Below are positions 25,101 to 40,100 of a stretch of DNA of 64,000 nucleotides, piece by piece. Source of the DNA: Laetmonice hystrix. Lineage: Eukaryota. Under the pieces are notes generated by a model, which worked only from the letters and a program-made list of their open reading frames with translations, was not told where the DNA came from and ran no database searches. The translations under genes were made by a program, and so were the position numbers. The stretch spans positions 15,130,001 through 15,194,000 of the forward strand of contig OZ249436.1 in the NCBI GenBank assembly GCA_965235115.1, written 5' to 3'. Position 1 is the first letter of the stretch, and each line of letters begins with the position of its first letter.

Positions 25101-28100
25101 CTGTTTGCATGGGTAGTAGGCCAGCTTGTAAGATGTACGGACTCTTCACTGTACTGTTTGGCCTCCCATTCTGCTTTGCCTAACGGTATAGAATCTACTG
25201 TTTGGCCTCCCTGTACTGTTTGGCCTCACTGTAGTGTTTGCTTGGGTACTAGACCAGCCAGTACCTTGTGGGGATTCCTCACTGTACTGTTTGGCCTTCC
25301 TGTACTCTTTGGCCTCACTCTACTGCTTGCTTGTATACAACCGTAGCCAGTAGTATACGGATGCCTCTTGTTTCATGTTTGCATGCCTTTATTGTCCAGG
25401 AGGCAGGCCATACGTTTCGTCTATCATTTACTCCCATCTCATCTGTGTCCCCTACAGACCATCTGTAAGCGTCCGACAACGTTGTCAGGTAGTGCCAATG
25501 GCTGTTTGCCGAAAAAGTTTATTTAACAATGGCAAATGACGTTGTACGCCTTTCCTATATCAGATACCCCATACCCAAGTAAAAAACGATTACAGAGATA
25601 TTGCAGGCAACCGCCAGGGTGCTGTGCTGAAGCGGCGGCTCCAACTGCACTGCCACCTTCCGGCTACCGGTGGAATCACCACGTATACCTGGCCGGGCTG
25701 CCAGGCACCTGTGGCGCTTAGGGGAGAGACAGGTTTCTGCAATGATAAGCGAAAAATGTCCTCATTTTTGACACGTCAATTTGAAACTGCGCCCCCGAAA
25801 TTATGATTGTTAGGCCAGATGTATAAATGTCAAACCTATTGGTCTCGTACGTTCGCTACAGATAAATGGTTGTGATATGTATACTTCCCGTTTGAGTATC
25901 TTGTCCAAATTTTAACATTATATGCTCCTCGCCTGTACCTTTCATTTACACTGCGTCACTGTACTGTTTGCATGGGTAGTAGGCCAGCTTGTAAGATGTA
26001 CGGACTCTTCACTGTGCTGTTTGGCCTCCCATTCTGCTTCGCCTCACAGTATACTGTTTGGCCTCACTGTACTGTTTGGCCTCACTGTAGTGTTTGCTTG
26101 GGTACTAGGCCAGGCAGTACCTTGTGGGGATTCCTCACTGTACTGTTTGGCCTTCCTGTACTCTTTGGCCTCACTCTACTGCTTGCTTGTATACAACCGT
26201 AGCCAGTAGTGTACGGATGCCTCATGTTTCATGTTTGCATGCCTTTATTGTCCAGGAGGCAGGCCATACGTTTCGTCTATCATTTACTCCCATATCATCT
26301 GTGTCCCCTACAGACCATCTGTAAGTGTTCGACAACGTTGTCAGGTAGTGCCAATGGCTGTTTGCCGTAAAGGTTTAATTAACAATGGCAAATGACGTTC
26401 TACGCCTTTCCTATATCAGATATCCCATCACCAAGTGAAAAACGATTACAGAGATGTTGCAGGCAACCGCCAGGGTGCTGTGCTGAAGCGGTGGCTCCGA
26501 CTGCACTGCCACCTTCCGGCTACCGGTGGAATCACCACGTATACCTGGCCCGGCTTCCAGGCACCTGTGGCGCTTAGGGGAGAGACAGGTTTCTGCAATG
26601 ATAAGCGAAAAATGTCCTCATTTTTGATACGTCAATTTGAAACTGCGCCCCCGAAATTATGATTGTTAGGCCAGATGTATAAATGTCAAACCTATTGGTC
26701 TCGTACGTTCGCTACAGATAAATGGTTGTGATATGTATACTTCCCGTTTGAGTATCTTGTCCAAATTTTAACATTATATGTCCTCGCCTGTACCTTTCAT
26801 TTCCACTGCGTCACTGTACTGTTTGCATGGGTAGTAGGCCAGCTTGTAAGATGTACGGACTCTTCACTGTGCTGTTTGGCCTCCCATTCTGCTTCGCCTC
26901 ACAGTATACTGTTTGGCCTCACTGTACTGTTTGGCCTCACTGTAGTGTTTGCTTGGGTACTAGGCCAGGCAGTACCTTGTGGGGATTCCTCACTGTACTG
27001 TTTGGCCTTCCTGTACTCTTTGGCCTCACTCTACTGCTTGCTTGTATACAACCGTAGCCAGTAGTGTACGGATGCCTCATGTTTCATGTTTGCATGCCTT
27101 TATTGTCCAGGAGGCAGGCCATACGTTTCGTCTATCATTTACTCCCATCTCATCTGTGTCCCCTACAGACCATCTGTAAGTGTTCGACAACGTTGTCAGG
27201 TAGTGCCAATGGCTGTTTGCCGTAAAGGTTTAATTAACAATGGCAAATGACGTTCTACGCCTTTCCTATATCAGATATCCCATCACCAAGTGAAAAACGA
27301 TTACAGAGATGTTGCAGGCAACCGCCAGGGTGCTGTGCTGAAGCGGTGGCTCCGACTGCACTGCCACCTTCCGGCTACCGGTGGAATCACCACGTATACC
27401 TGGCCCGGCTTCCAGGCACCTGTGGCGCTTAGGGGAGAGACAGGTTTCTGCAATGATAAGCGAAAAATGGCCGCATTTTTGATACGTCAATTTGAAACTA
27501 CGCCCCCGAAATTATGATTGTTAGGCCAGATGTATAAATGTCAAACCTATTGGTCTCGTACGTTCGCTACAGATAAATGGTTGTGATATGTATACTTCCC
27601 GTTTGAGTATCTTGTACAAATTTTAACATTAGATGCTCCTCGCATGTACCTTTCATTTCCACTGCGTCACTGTACTGTTTGCATGGGTAGTAGGCCAGCT
27701 TGTAAGATGTACGGACTCTTCACTGTGCTGTTTGGCCTCCCATTCTGCTTCGCCTCACAGTATACTGCTTTGCCTCCCTGTTCCGTTTGGCCTCACTGTA
27801 GTGTTTGCTTGGGTACTAGGCCAGGCAGTACCTTGTGGGGATTCCTCACTCTACTGTTTGGCCTTCCTGTACTCTTTGGCCTCACTCTACTGCTTGCTTG
27901 TATACAACCGTAGCCAGTAGTGTACGGATGCCTCATGTTTCATGTTTGCATGCCTTTGTTGTCCAGGAGGCAGGCCATACGTTTCGTCTATCATTTACTC
28001 CCATCTCATCTGTGTCCCCTACAGACCATCTGTAAGGGTCCGACAACGTTGTCAGGTAGTGCCAATGGCTGTTTGCCGTAAAGGTTTAATTAACAATGGC

Positions 28101-31100
28101 AAATGACGTTCTACGCCTTTCCTATATCAGATATCCCATCACCAAGTGAAAAACGATTACAGAGATGTTGCAGACAACCGCCAGGGTGCTGTGCTGACGC
28201 GGTGACTCCGACTGCACTGCCACCTTCCGGCTACCGGTGGAATCACGACGTATACCTGGCACGGCTTCCAGGCACCTGTGGCGCTTAGGGGAGAGACAGG
28301 TTTCTGCAATGATAAGTGAAAAACGGCCTCATTTTTGATACGTCAATTTGAAACTACGCCCCCGAAATTATGATTGTTAGGCCAGATCTATAAATGTCAA
28401 ACCTATTGGTCTCGTACGTTCGCTACAGATAAATAGTTGTGATATGTATATTTCGCATTTGAGTATCTTCTCCACATTTTAACATTAGATGCTCCTCGCC
28501 TGTATATTTCATTTCCACTACCTCACTTTACTGTTTGCATGGGTAGTAGGCCAGCTGGTAAGATGTACGGATTCCTCACTGTACTGTTTGACCTCCTATA
28601 CTGCTTTGCCTCACTGTCCTCTTTGGCCTCACTGTAGTGTTTCCTTGGGTACTAGGCCAGGCAGTACCTTGTGGGGATTCCTCACTCTACTGTTTGGCCT
28701 TCCTGTACTCTTTGGCCTCACTCTACTGCTTGCTTGTATACAACCGTAGCCAGTAGTATACGGATGCCTCATGTTTCATGTTTGCATGCCTTTATTGTCC
28801 AGGAGGCAGGCCATACGTTTCGTCTATCATTTACTCCCATCTCATCTGTGTCCCCTACAGACCATCTGTAAGGGTCCGACAACGTTGTCAGGTAGTGCCA
28901 ATGGCTGTTTGCCGAAAAAGTTTATTTAACAATGGCAAATGACGTTGTACGCCTTTCCTATATCAGATACCCAATCCCCAAGTAAAAAAACGATTACAGA
29001 GATGTTGCAGGCAACCGCCAGGGTGCTGTGCTGGAGCGGCGGCTCCAACTGCACTGCCACCTTCCGGCTACCGGTGGAATCACCACGTATACCTGGCCGG
29101 GCTGCCAGGCACCTGTGGCGCTTAGGGAAGAGACAGGTTTCTGCAATGATAAGCGAAAAATGTTCTCATTTTTGATACGTCAATTTGAAACTACGCCCCC
29201 GAAATTATGATTGTTAGGCCAGATATATAAATGTCAAACGTATACGTCTCGTACGTTCGCTACAGATAAATGGTTGTGATATGTATACTTCCCGTTTGAA
29301 TATCTTCTCCAAATTTTAACATTAGATGCTCCTCGCCTGTACCTTTCATTTCCACTACGTCACTGTATGGTTTGCATGGGTAGTAGGCCAGCTGGTAAGA
29401 TGTACGGACTCTTCACTGTACTGTTTGGCCTCCCATTCTGCTTGGCCTCACAGTATACTGTTTGGCCTCACTGTAGTGTTTGCTTGGGTACTAGGCCAGG
29501 CAGTACCTTGTGGGGATTCCTCACTGTACTGTTTGGCCTTCTTGTACTCTTTGGCCTCACTCTACTGCTTGCTTGTATACAACCATAGCCAGTAGTATAC
29601 GGATGCCTCATGTTTCATGTTTGCATGCCTTTATTGTCCAGGAGGCAGGCCATACGTCTCGTCAATCATTTACTCCCATCTCATCTGTGTCCCCTACAGA
29701 CCATCTGTAAGGGTCCGACAACGTTGTCAGGTAGTGCCAATGGCTGTTTGCCGAAAAAGTTTATTTAACAATGGCAAATGACGTTGTACGCCTTTCCTAT
29801 ATCAGATACCCAATCCCCAAGTAAAAAAACGATTACAGAGATGTTGCAGGCAACCGCCAGGGTGCTGTGCTGGAGCGGCGGCTCCAACTGCACTGCCACC
29901 TTCCGGCTACCGGTGGAATCACCACGTATACCTGGCCGGGCTGCCAGGCACCTGTGGCGCTTAGGGGAGAGACAGGTTTCTGCAATGATAAGCGAAAAAT
30001 GTTCTCATTTTTGATACGTCAATTTGAAACTACGCCCCCGAAATTATGATTGTTAGGCCAGATATATAAATGTCAAACGTATACGTCTCGTACGTTCGCT
30101 ACAGATAAATGGTTGTGATATGTATACTTCCCGTTTGAATATCTTCTCCAAATTTTAACATTAGATGCTCCTCGCCTGTACCTTTCATTTCCACTACGTC
30201 ACTGTATGGTTTGCATGGGTAGTAGGCCAGCTGGTAAGATGTACGGACTCTTCACTGTACTGTTTGGCCTCCCATTCTGCTTGGCCTCACAGTATACTGT
30301 TTGGCCTCACTGTAGTGTTTGCTTGGGTACTAGGCCAGGCAGTACCTTGTGGGGATTCCTCACTGTACTGTTTGGCCTTCTTGTACTCTTTGGCCTCACT
30401 CTACTGCTTGCTTGTATACAACCATAGCCAGTAGTATACGGATGCCTCATGTTTCATGTTTGCATGCCTTTATTGTCCAGGAGGCAGGCCATACGTTTCG
30501 TCAATCATTTACTCCCATCTCATCTGTGTCCCCTACAGACCATCTGTAAGGGTCCGACAACGTTGTCAGGTAGTGCCAATGGCTGTTTGCCGTAAAGGTT
30601 TAATTATCAATGGCAAATGACGTTCTACGCCTTTCCTATATCAGATACCCAATCCCCAAGTAAAAAAACGATTACAGAGATGTTGCAGGCAACCGCCAGG
30701 GTGCTGTGCTGGAGCGGCGGCTCCAACTGCACTGCCACCTTCCGGCTACCGGTGGAATCACCACGTATACCTGGCCGGGCTGCCAGGCACCTGTGGCGCT
30801 TAGGGGAGAGACAGGTTTCTGCAATGATAAGCGAAAAATGTCCTCATTTTTGATACGTCAATTTGAAACTACGCCCCCGAAATTATGATTGTTAGGCCAG
30901 ATCTATAAATGTCAAACCTATTGGTCTCGTACGTTCGCTACAGATAAATGGTTGTGATATGTATACTTCCCGTTTGAGTATCTTTTCCAAATTTTAACAT
31001 TAGATGCTCCTCGCCTGTACCTTTCATTTCCACTACGTCACTGTACTGTTTGCATGGGTAGTAGGCCAGCTTGTAAGATGTACGGACTCTTCACTGTACT

Positions 31101-34100
31101 GTTTGGCCTCCCATTCTGCTTTGCCTAACGGTATAGAATCTACTGTTTGGCCTCCCTGTACTGTTTGGCCTCACTGTAGTGTTTGCTTGGGTACTAGACC
31201 AGCCAGTACCTTGTGGGGATTCCTCACTGTACTGTTTGGCCTTCCTGTACTCTTTGGCCTCACTCTACTGCTTGCTTGTATACAACCGTAGCCAGTAGTA
31301 TACGGATGCCTCTTGTTTCATGTTTGCATGCCTTTATTGTCCAGGAGGCAGGCCATACGTTTCGTCTATCATTTACTCCCATCTCATCTGTGTCCCCTAC
31401 AGACCATCTGTAAGCGTCCGACAACGTTGTCAGGTAGTGCCAATGGCTGTTTGCCGAAAAAGTTTATTTAACAATGGCAAATGACGTTGTACGCCTTTCC
31501 TATATCAGATACCCAATCCCCAAGTAAAAAAACGATTACAGAGATGTTGCAGGCAACCGCCAGGGTGCTGTGCTGGAGCGGCGGCTCCAACTGCACTGCC
31601 ACCTTCCGGCTACCGGTGGAATCACCACGTATACCTGGCCGGGCTGCCAGGCACCTGTGGCGCTTAGGGGAGAGACAGGTTTCTGCAATGATAAGCGAAA
31701 AATGTTCTCATTTTTGATACGTCAATTTGAAACTACGCCCCCGAAATTATGATTGTTAGGCCAGATATATAAATGTCAAACGTATACGTCTCGTACGTTC
31801 GCTACAGATAAATGGTTGTGATATGTATACTTCCCGTTTGAATATCTTCTCCAAATTTTAACATTAGATGCTCCTCGCCTGTACCTTTCATTTCCACTAC
31901 GTCACTGTATGGTTTGCATGGGTAGTAGGCCAGCTGGTAAGATGTACGGACTCTTCACTGTACTGTTTGGCCTCCCATTCTGCTTGGCCTCACAGTATAC
32001 TGTTTGGCCTCACTGTAGTGTTTGCTTGGGTACTAGGCCAGGCAGTACCTTGTGGGGATTCCTCACTGTACTGTTTGGCCTTCTTGTACTCTTTGGCCTC
32101 ACTCTACTGCTTGCTTGTATACAACCATAGCCAGTAGTATACGGATGCCTCATGTTTCATGTTTGCATGCCTTTATTGTCCAGGAGGCAGGCCATACGTC
32201 TCGTCAATCATTTACTCCCATCTCATCTGTGTCCCCTACAGACCATCTGTAAGGGTCCGACAACGTTGTCAGGTAGTGCCAATGGCTGTTTGCCGAAAAA
32301 GTTTATTTAACAATGGCAAATGACGTTGTACGCCTTTCCTATATCAGATACCCAATCCCCAAGTAAAAAAACGATTACAGAGATGTTGCAGCCAACCGCC
32401 AGGGTGCTGTGCTGGAGCGGCGGCTCCAACTGCACTGCCACCTTCCGGCTACCGGTGGAATCACCACGTATACCTGGCCGGGCTGCCAGGCACCTGTGGC
32501 GCTTAGGGGAGAGACAGGTTTCTGCAATGATAAGCGAAAAATGTTCTCATTTTTGATACGTCAATTTGAAACTACGCCCCCGAAATTATGATTGTTAGGC
32601 CAGATATATAAATGTCAAACGTATACGTCTCGTACGTTCGCTACAGATAAATGGTTGTGATATGTATACTTCCCGTTTGAATATCTTCTCCAAATTTTAA
32701 CATTAGATGCTCCTCGCCTGTACCTTTCATTTCCACTACGTCACTGTATGGTTTGCATGGGTAGTAGGCCAGCTGGTAAGATGTACGGACTCTTCACTGT
32801 ACTGTTTGGCCTCCCATTCTGCTTGGCCTCACAGTATACTGTTTGGCCTCACTGTAGTGTTTGCTTGGGTACTAGGCCAGGCAGTACCTTGTGGGGATTC
32901 CTCACTGTACTGTTTGGCCTTCTTGTACTCTTTGGCCTCACTCTACTGCTTGCTTGTATACAACCATAGCCAGTAGTATACGGATGCCTCATGTTTCATG
33001 TTTGCATGCCTTTATTGTCCAGGAGGCAGGCCATACGTTTCGTCAATCATTTACTCCCATCTCATCTGTGTCCCCTACAGACCATCTGTAAGGGTCCGAC
33101 AACGTTGTCAGGTAGTGCCAATGGCTGTTTGCCGTAAAGGTTTAATTATCAATGGCAAATGACGTTCTACGCCTTTCCTATATCAGATACCCAATCCCCA
33201 AGTAAAAAAACGATTACAGAGATGTTGCAGGCAACCGCCAGGGTGCTGTGCTGGAGCGGCGGCTCCAACTGCACTGCCACCTTCCGGCTACCGGTGGAAT
33301 CACCACGTATACCTGGCCGGGCTGCCAGGCACCTGTGGCGCTTAGGGGAGAGACAGGTTTCTGCAATGATAAGCGAAAAATGTCCTCATTTTTGATACGT
33401 CAATTTGAAACTACGCCCCCGAAATTATGATTGTTAGGCCAGATCTATAAATGTCAAACCTATTGGTCTCGTACGTTCGCTACAGATAAATGGTTGTGAT
33501 ATGTATACTTCCCGTTTGAGTATCTTTTCCAAATTTTAACATTAGATGCTCCTCGCCTGTACCTTTCATTTCCACTACGTCACTGTACTGTTTGCATGGG
33601 TAGTAGGCCAGCTTGTAAGATGTACGGACTCTTCACTGTACTGTTTGGCCTCCCATTCTGCTTTGCCTAACGGTATAGAATCTACTGTTTGGCCTCCCTG
33701 TACTGTTTGGCCTCACTGTAGTGTTTGCTTGGGTACTAGACCAGCCAGTACCTTGTGGGGATTCCTCACTGTACTGTTTGGCCTTCCTGTACTCTTTGGC
33801 CTCACTCTACTGCTTGCTTGTATACAACCGTAGCCAGTAGTATACGGATGCCTCTTGTTTCATGTTTGCATGCCTTTATTGTCCAGGAGGCAGGCCATAC
33901 GTTTCGTCTATCATTTACTCCCATCTCATCTGTGTCCCCTACAGACCATCTGTAAGCGTCCGACAACGTTGTCAGGTAGTGCCAATGGCTGTTTGCCGAA
34001 AAAGTTTATTTAACAATGGCAAATGACGTTGTACGCCTTTCCTATATCAGATACCCCATACCCAAGTAAAAAACGATTACAGAGATATTGCAGGCAACCG

Positions 34101-37100
34101 CCAGGGTGCTGTGCTGAAGCGGCGGCTCCAACTGCACTGCCACCTTCCGGCTACCGGTGGAATCACCACGTATACCTGGCCGGGCTGCCAGGCACCTGTG
34201 GCGCTTAGGGGAGAGACAGGTTTCTGCAATGATAAGCGAAAAATGTCCTCATTTTTGACACGTCAATTTGAAACTGCGCCCCCGAAATTATGATTGTTAG
34301 GCCAGATGTATAAATGTCAAACCTATTGGTCTCGTACGTTCGCTACAGATAAATGGTTGTGATATGTATACTTCCCGTTTGAGTATCTTGTCCAAATTTT
34401 AACATTATATGCTCCTCGCCTGTACCTTTCATTTACACTGCGTCACTGTACTGTTTGCATGGGTAGTAGGCCAGCTTGTAAGATGTACGGACTCTTCACT
34501 GTGCTGTTTGGCCTCCCATTCTGCTTCGCCTCACAGTATACTGTTTGGCCTCACTGTACTGTTTGGCCTCACTGTAGTGTTTGCTTGGGTACTAGGCCAG
34601 GCAGTACCTTGTGGGGATTCCTCACTGTACTGTTTGGCCTTCCTGTACTCTTTGGCCTCACTCTACTGCTTGCTTGTATACAACCGTAGCCAGTAGTGTA
34701 CGGATGCCTCATGTTTCATGTTTGCATGCCTTTATTGTCCAGGAGGCAGGCCATACGTTTCGTCTATCATTTACTCCCATATCATCTGTGTCCCCTACAG
34801 ACCATCTGTAAGTGTTCGACAACGTTGTCAGGTAGTGCCAATGGCTGTTTGCCGTAAAGGTTTAATTAACAATGGCAAATGACGTTCTACGCCTTTCCTA
34901 TATCAGATATCCCATCACCAAGTGAAAAACGATTACAGAGATGTTGCAGGCAACCGCCAGGGTGCTGTGCTGAAGCGGTGGCTCCGACTGCACTGCCACC
35001 TTCCGGCTACCGGTGGAATCACCACGTATACCTGGCCCGGCTTCCAGGCACCTGTGGCGCTTAGGGGAGAGACAGGTTTCTGCAATGATAAGCGAAAAAT
35101 GGCCGCATTTTTGATACGTCAATTTGAAACTACGCCCCCGAAATTATGATTGTTAGGCCAGATGTATAAATGTCAAACCTATTGGTCTCGTACGTTCGCT
35201 ACAGATAAATGGTTGTGATATGTATACTTCCCGTTTGAGTATCTTGTTCAAATTTTAACATTAGATGCTCCTCGCATGTACCTTTCATTTCCACTGCGTC
35301 ACTGTACTGTTTGCATGGGTAGTAGGCCAGCTTGTAAGATGTACGGACTCTTCACTGTGCTGTTTGGCCTCCCATTTTGCTTCGCCTCACAGTATACTGC
35401 TTTGCCTCACTGTTCTGTTTGGCCTCACTGTAGTGTTTGCTTGGGTACTAGGCCAGGCAGTACCTTGTGGGGATTCCTCACTCTACTGTTTGGCCTTCCT
35501 GTACTCTTTGGCCTCACTCTACTGCTTGCTTGTATACAACCGTAGCCAGTAGTATACGGATGCCTCATGTTTCATGTTTGCATGCCTTTATTGTCCAGGA
35601 GGCAGGCCATACGTTTCGTCTATCATTTACTCCCATCTCATCTGTGTCCCCTACAGACCATCTGTAAGGGTCCGACAACGTTGTCAGGTAGTGCCAATGG
35701 CTGTTTGCCGAAAAAGTTTATTTAACAATGGCAAATGACGTTGTACGCCTTTCCTATATCAGATACCCAATCCCCAAGTAAAAAAACGATTACAGAGATG
35801 TTGCAGGCAACCGCCAGGGTGCTGTGCTGGAGCGGCGGCTCCAACTGCACTGCCACCTTCCGGCTACCGGTGGAATCACCACGTATACCTGGCCGGGCTG
35901 CCAGGCACCTGTGGCGCTTAGGGGAGAGACAGGTTTCTGCAATGATAAGCGAAAAATGTTCTCATTTTTGATACGTCAATTTGAAACTACGCCCCCGAAA
36001 TTATGATTGTTAGGCCAGATATATAAATGTCAAACGTATACGTCTCGTACGTTCGCTACAGATAAATGGTTGTGATATGTATACTTCCCGTTTGAATATC
36101 TTCTCCAAATTTTAACATTAGATGCTCCTCGCCTGTACCTTTCATTTCCACTACGTCACTGTATGGTTTGCATGGGTAGTAGGCCAGCTGGTAAGATGTA
36201 CGGACTCTTCACTGTACTGTTTGGCCTCCCATTCTGCTTGGCCTCACAGTATACTGTTTGGCCTCACTGTAGTGTTTGCTTGGGGACTAGGCCAGGCAGT
36301 ACCTTGTGGGGATTCCTCACTGTACTGTTTGGCCTTCTTGTACTCTTTGGCCTCACTCTACTGCTTGCTTGTATACAACCATAGCCAGTAGTATACGGAT
36401 GCCTCATGTTTCATGTTTGCATGCCTTTATTGTCCAGGAGGCAGGCCATACGTTTCGTCAATCATTTACTCCCATCTCATCTGTGTCCCCTACAGACCAT
36501 CTGTAAGGGTCCGACAACGTTGTCAGGTAGTGCCAATGGCTGTTTGCCGTAAAGGTTTAATTATCAATGGCAAATGACGTTCTACGCCTTTCCTATATCA
36601 GATACCCAATCCCCAAGTAAAAAAACGATTACAGAGATGTTGCAGGCAACCGCCAGGGTGCTGTGCTGGAGCGGCGGCTCCAACTGCACTGCCACCTTCC
36701 GGCTACCGGTGGAATCACCACGTATACCTGGCCGGGCTGCCAGGCACCTGTGGCGCTTAGGGGAGAGACAGGTTTCTGCAATGATAAGCGAAAAATGTTC
36801 TCATTTTTGATACGTCAATTTGAAACTACGCCCCCGAAATTATGATTGTTAGGCCAGATATATAAATGTCAAACGTATACGTCTCGTACGTTCGCTACAG
36901 ATAAATGGTTGTGATATGTATACTTCCCGTTTGAATATCTTCTCCAAATTTTAACATTAGATGCTCCTCGCCTGTACCTTTCATTTCCACTACGTCACTG
37001 TATGGTTTGCATGGGTAGTAGGCCAGCTGGTAAGATGTACGGACTCTTCACTGTACTGTTTGGCCTCCCATTCTGCTTGGCCTCACAGTATACTGTTTGG

Positions 37101-40100
37101 CCTCACTGTAGTGTTTGCTTGGGTACTAGGCCAGGCAGTACCTTGTGGGGATTCCTCACTGTACTGTTTGGCCTTCTTGTACTCTTTGGCCTCACTCTAC
37201 TGCTTGCTTGTATACAACCATAGCCAGTAGTATACGGATGCCTCATGTTTCATGTTTGCATGCCTTTATTGTCCAGGAGGCAGGCCATACGTTTCGTCAA
37301 TCATTTACTCCCATCTCATCTGTGTCCCCTACAGACCATCTGTAAGGGTCCGACAACGTTGTCAGGTAGTGCCAATGGCTGTTTGCCGTAAAGGTTTAAT
37401 TATCAATGGCAAATGACGTTCTACGCCTTTCCTATATCAGATACCCAATCCCCAAGTAAAAAAACGATTACAGAGATGTTGCAGGCAACCGCCAGGGTGC
37501 TGTGCTGGAGCGGCGGCTCCAACTGCACTGCCACCTTCCGGCTACCGGTGGAATCACCACGTATACCTGGCCGGGCTGCCAGGCACCTGTGGCGCTTAGG
37601 GGAGAGACAGGTTTCTGCAATGATAAGCGAAAAATGTCCTCATTTTTGATACGTCAATTTGAAACTACGCCCCCGAAATTATGATTGTTAGGCCAGATCT
37701 ATAAATGTCAAACCTATTGGTCTCGTACGTTCGCTACAGATAAATGGTTGTGATATGTATACTTTCCGTTTGAGTATCTTTTCCAAATTTTAACATTAGA
37801 TGCTCCTCGCCTGTACCTTTCATTTCCACTACGTCACTGTACTGTTTGCATGGGTAGTAGGCCAGCTTGTAAGATGTACGGACTCTTCACTGTACTGTTT
37901 GGCCTCCCATTCTGCTTTGCCTAACGGTATAGAATCTACTGTTTGGCCTCCCTGTACTGTTTGGCCTCACTGTAGTGTTTGCTTGGGTACTAGACCAGCC
38001 AGTACCTTGTGGGGATTCCTCACTGTACTGTTTGGCCTTCCTGTACTCTTTGGCCTCACTCTACTGCTTGCTTGTATACAACCGTAGCCAGTAGTATACG
38101 GATGCCTCTTGTTTCATGTTTGCATGCCTTTATTGTCCAGGAGGCAGGCCATACGTTTCGTCTATCATTTACTCCCATCTCATCTGTGTCCCCTACAGAC
38201 CATCTGTAAGCGTCCGACAACGTTGTCAGGTAGTGCCAATGGCTGTTTGCCGAAAAAGTTTATTTAACAATGGCAAATGACGTTGTACGCCTTTCCTATA
38301 TCAGATACCCCATCCCCAAGTAAAAAACGATTACAGAGATATTGCAGGCAACCGCCAGGGTGCTGTGCTGAAGCGGCGGCTCCAACTGCACTGCCACCTT
38401 CCGGCTACCGGTGGAATCACCACGTATACCTGGCCGGGCTGCCAGGCACCTGTGGCGCTTAGGGGAGAGACAGGTTTCTGCAATGATAAGCGAAAAATGT
38501 CCTCATTTTTGACACGTCAATTTGAAACTGCGCCTCCGAAATTATGATTGTTAGGCCAGATGTATAAATGTCAAACCTATTGGTCTCGTACGTTCGCTAC
38601 AGATAAATGGTTGTGATATGTATACTTCCCGTTTGAGTATCTTGTCCAAATTTTAACATTATATGCTCCTCGCCTGTACCTTTCATTTACACTGCGTCAC
38701 TGTACTGTTTGCATGGGTAGTAGGCCAGCTTGTAAGATGTACGGACTCTTCACTGTGCTGTTTGGCCTCCCATTCTGCTTCGCCTCACAGTATACTGTTT
38801 GGCCTCACTGTACTGTTTGGCCTCACTGTAGTGTTTGCTTGGGTACTAGGCCAGGCAGTACCTTGTGGGGATTCCTCACTGTACTGTTTGGCCTTCATGT
38901 ACTCTTTGGCCTCACTCTACTGCTTGCTTGTATACAACCGTAGCCAGTAGTGTACGGATGCCTCATGTTTCATGTTTGCATGCCTTTATTGTCCAGGAGG
39001 CAGGCCATACGTTTCGTCTATCATTTACTCCCATATCATCTGTGTCCCCTACAGACCATCTGTAAGTGTTCGACAACGTTGTCAGGTAGTGCCAATGGCT
39101 GTTTGCCGTAAAGGTTTAATTAACAATGGCAAATGACGTTCTACGCCTTTCCTATATCAGATATCCCATCACCAAGTGAAAAACGATTACAGAGATGTTG
39201 CAGGCAACCGCCAGGGTGCTGTGCTGAAGCGGTGGCTCCGACTGCACTGCCACCTTCCGGCTACCGGTGGAATCACCACGTATACCTGGCCCGGCTTCCA
39301 GGCACCTGTGGCGCTTAGGGGAGAGACAGGTTTCTGCAATGATAAGCGAAAAATGGCCGCATTTTTGATACGTCAATTTGAAACTACGCCCCCGAAATTA
39401 TGATTGTTAGGCCAGATGTATAAATGTCAAACCTATTGGTCTCGTACGTTCGCTACAGATAAATGGTTGTGATATGTATACTTCCCGTTTGAGTATCTTG
39501 TTCAAATTTTAACATTAGATGCTCCTCGCATGTACCTTTCATTTCCACTGCGTCACTGTACTGTTTGCATGGGTAGTAGGCCAGCTTGTAAGATGTACGG
39601 ACTCTTCACTGTGCTGTTTGGCCTCCCATTCTGCTTCGCCTCACAGTATACTGCTTTGCCTCACTGTTCTGTTTGGCCTCACTGTAGTGTTTGCTTGGGT
39701 ACTAGGCCAGGCAGTACCTTGTGGGGATTCCTCACTCTACTGTTTGGCCTTCCTGTACTCTTTGGCCTCACTCTACTGCTTGCTTGTATAGAACCGTAGC
39801 CAGTAGTGTACGGATGCCTCATGTTTCATGTTTGCATGCCTTTGTTGTCCAGGAGGCAGGCCATACGTTTCGTCTATCATTTACTCCCATCTCATCTGTG
39901 TCCCCTACGGACCATCTGTAAGGGTCCGACAACGTTGTCAGGTAGTGCCAATGGCTGTTTGCCGTAAAGGTTTAATTAACAATGGCAAATGACGTTCTAC
40001 GCCTTTCCTATATCAGATATCCCATCACCAAGTGAAAAACGATTACAGAGATGTTGCAGACAACCGCCAGGGTGCTGTGCTGACGCGGTGACTCCGACTG

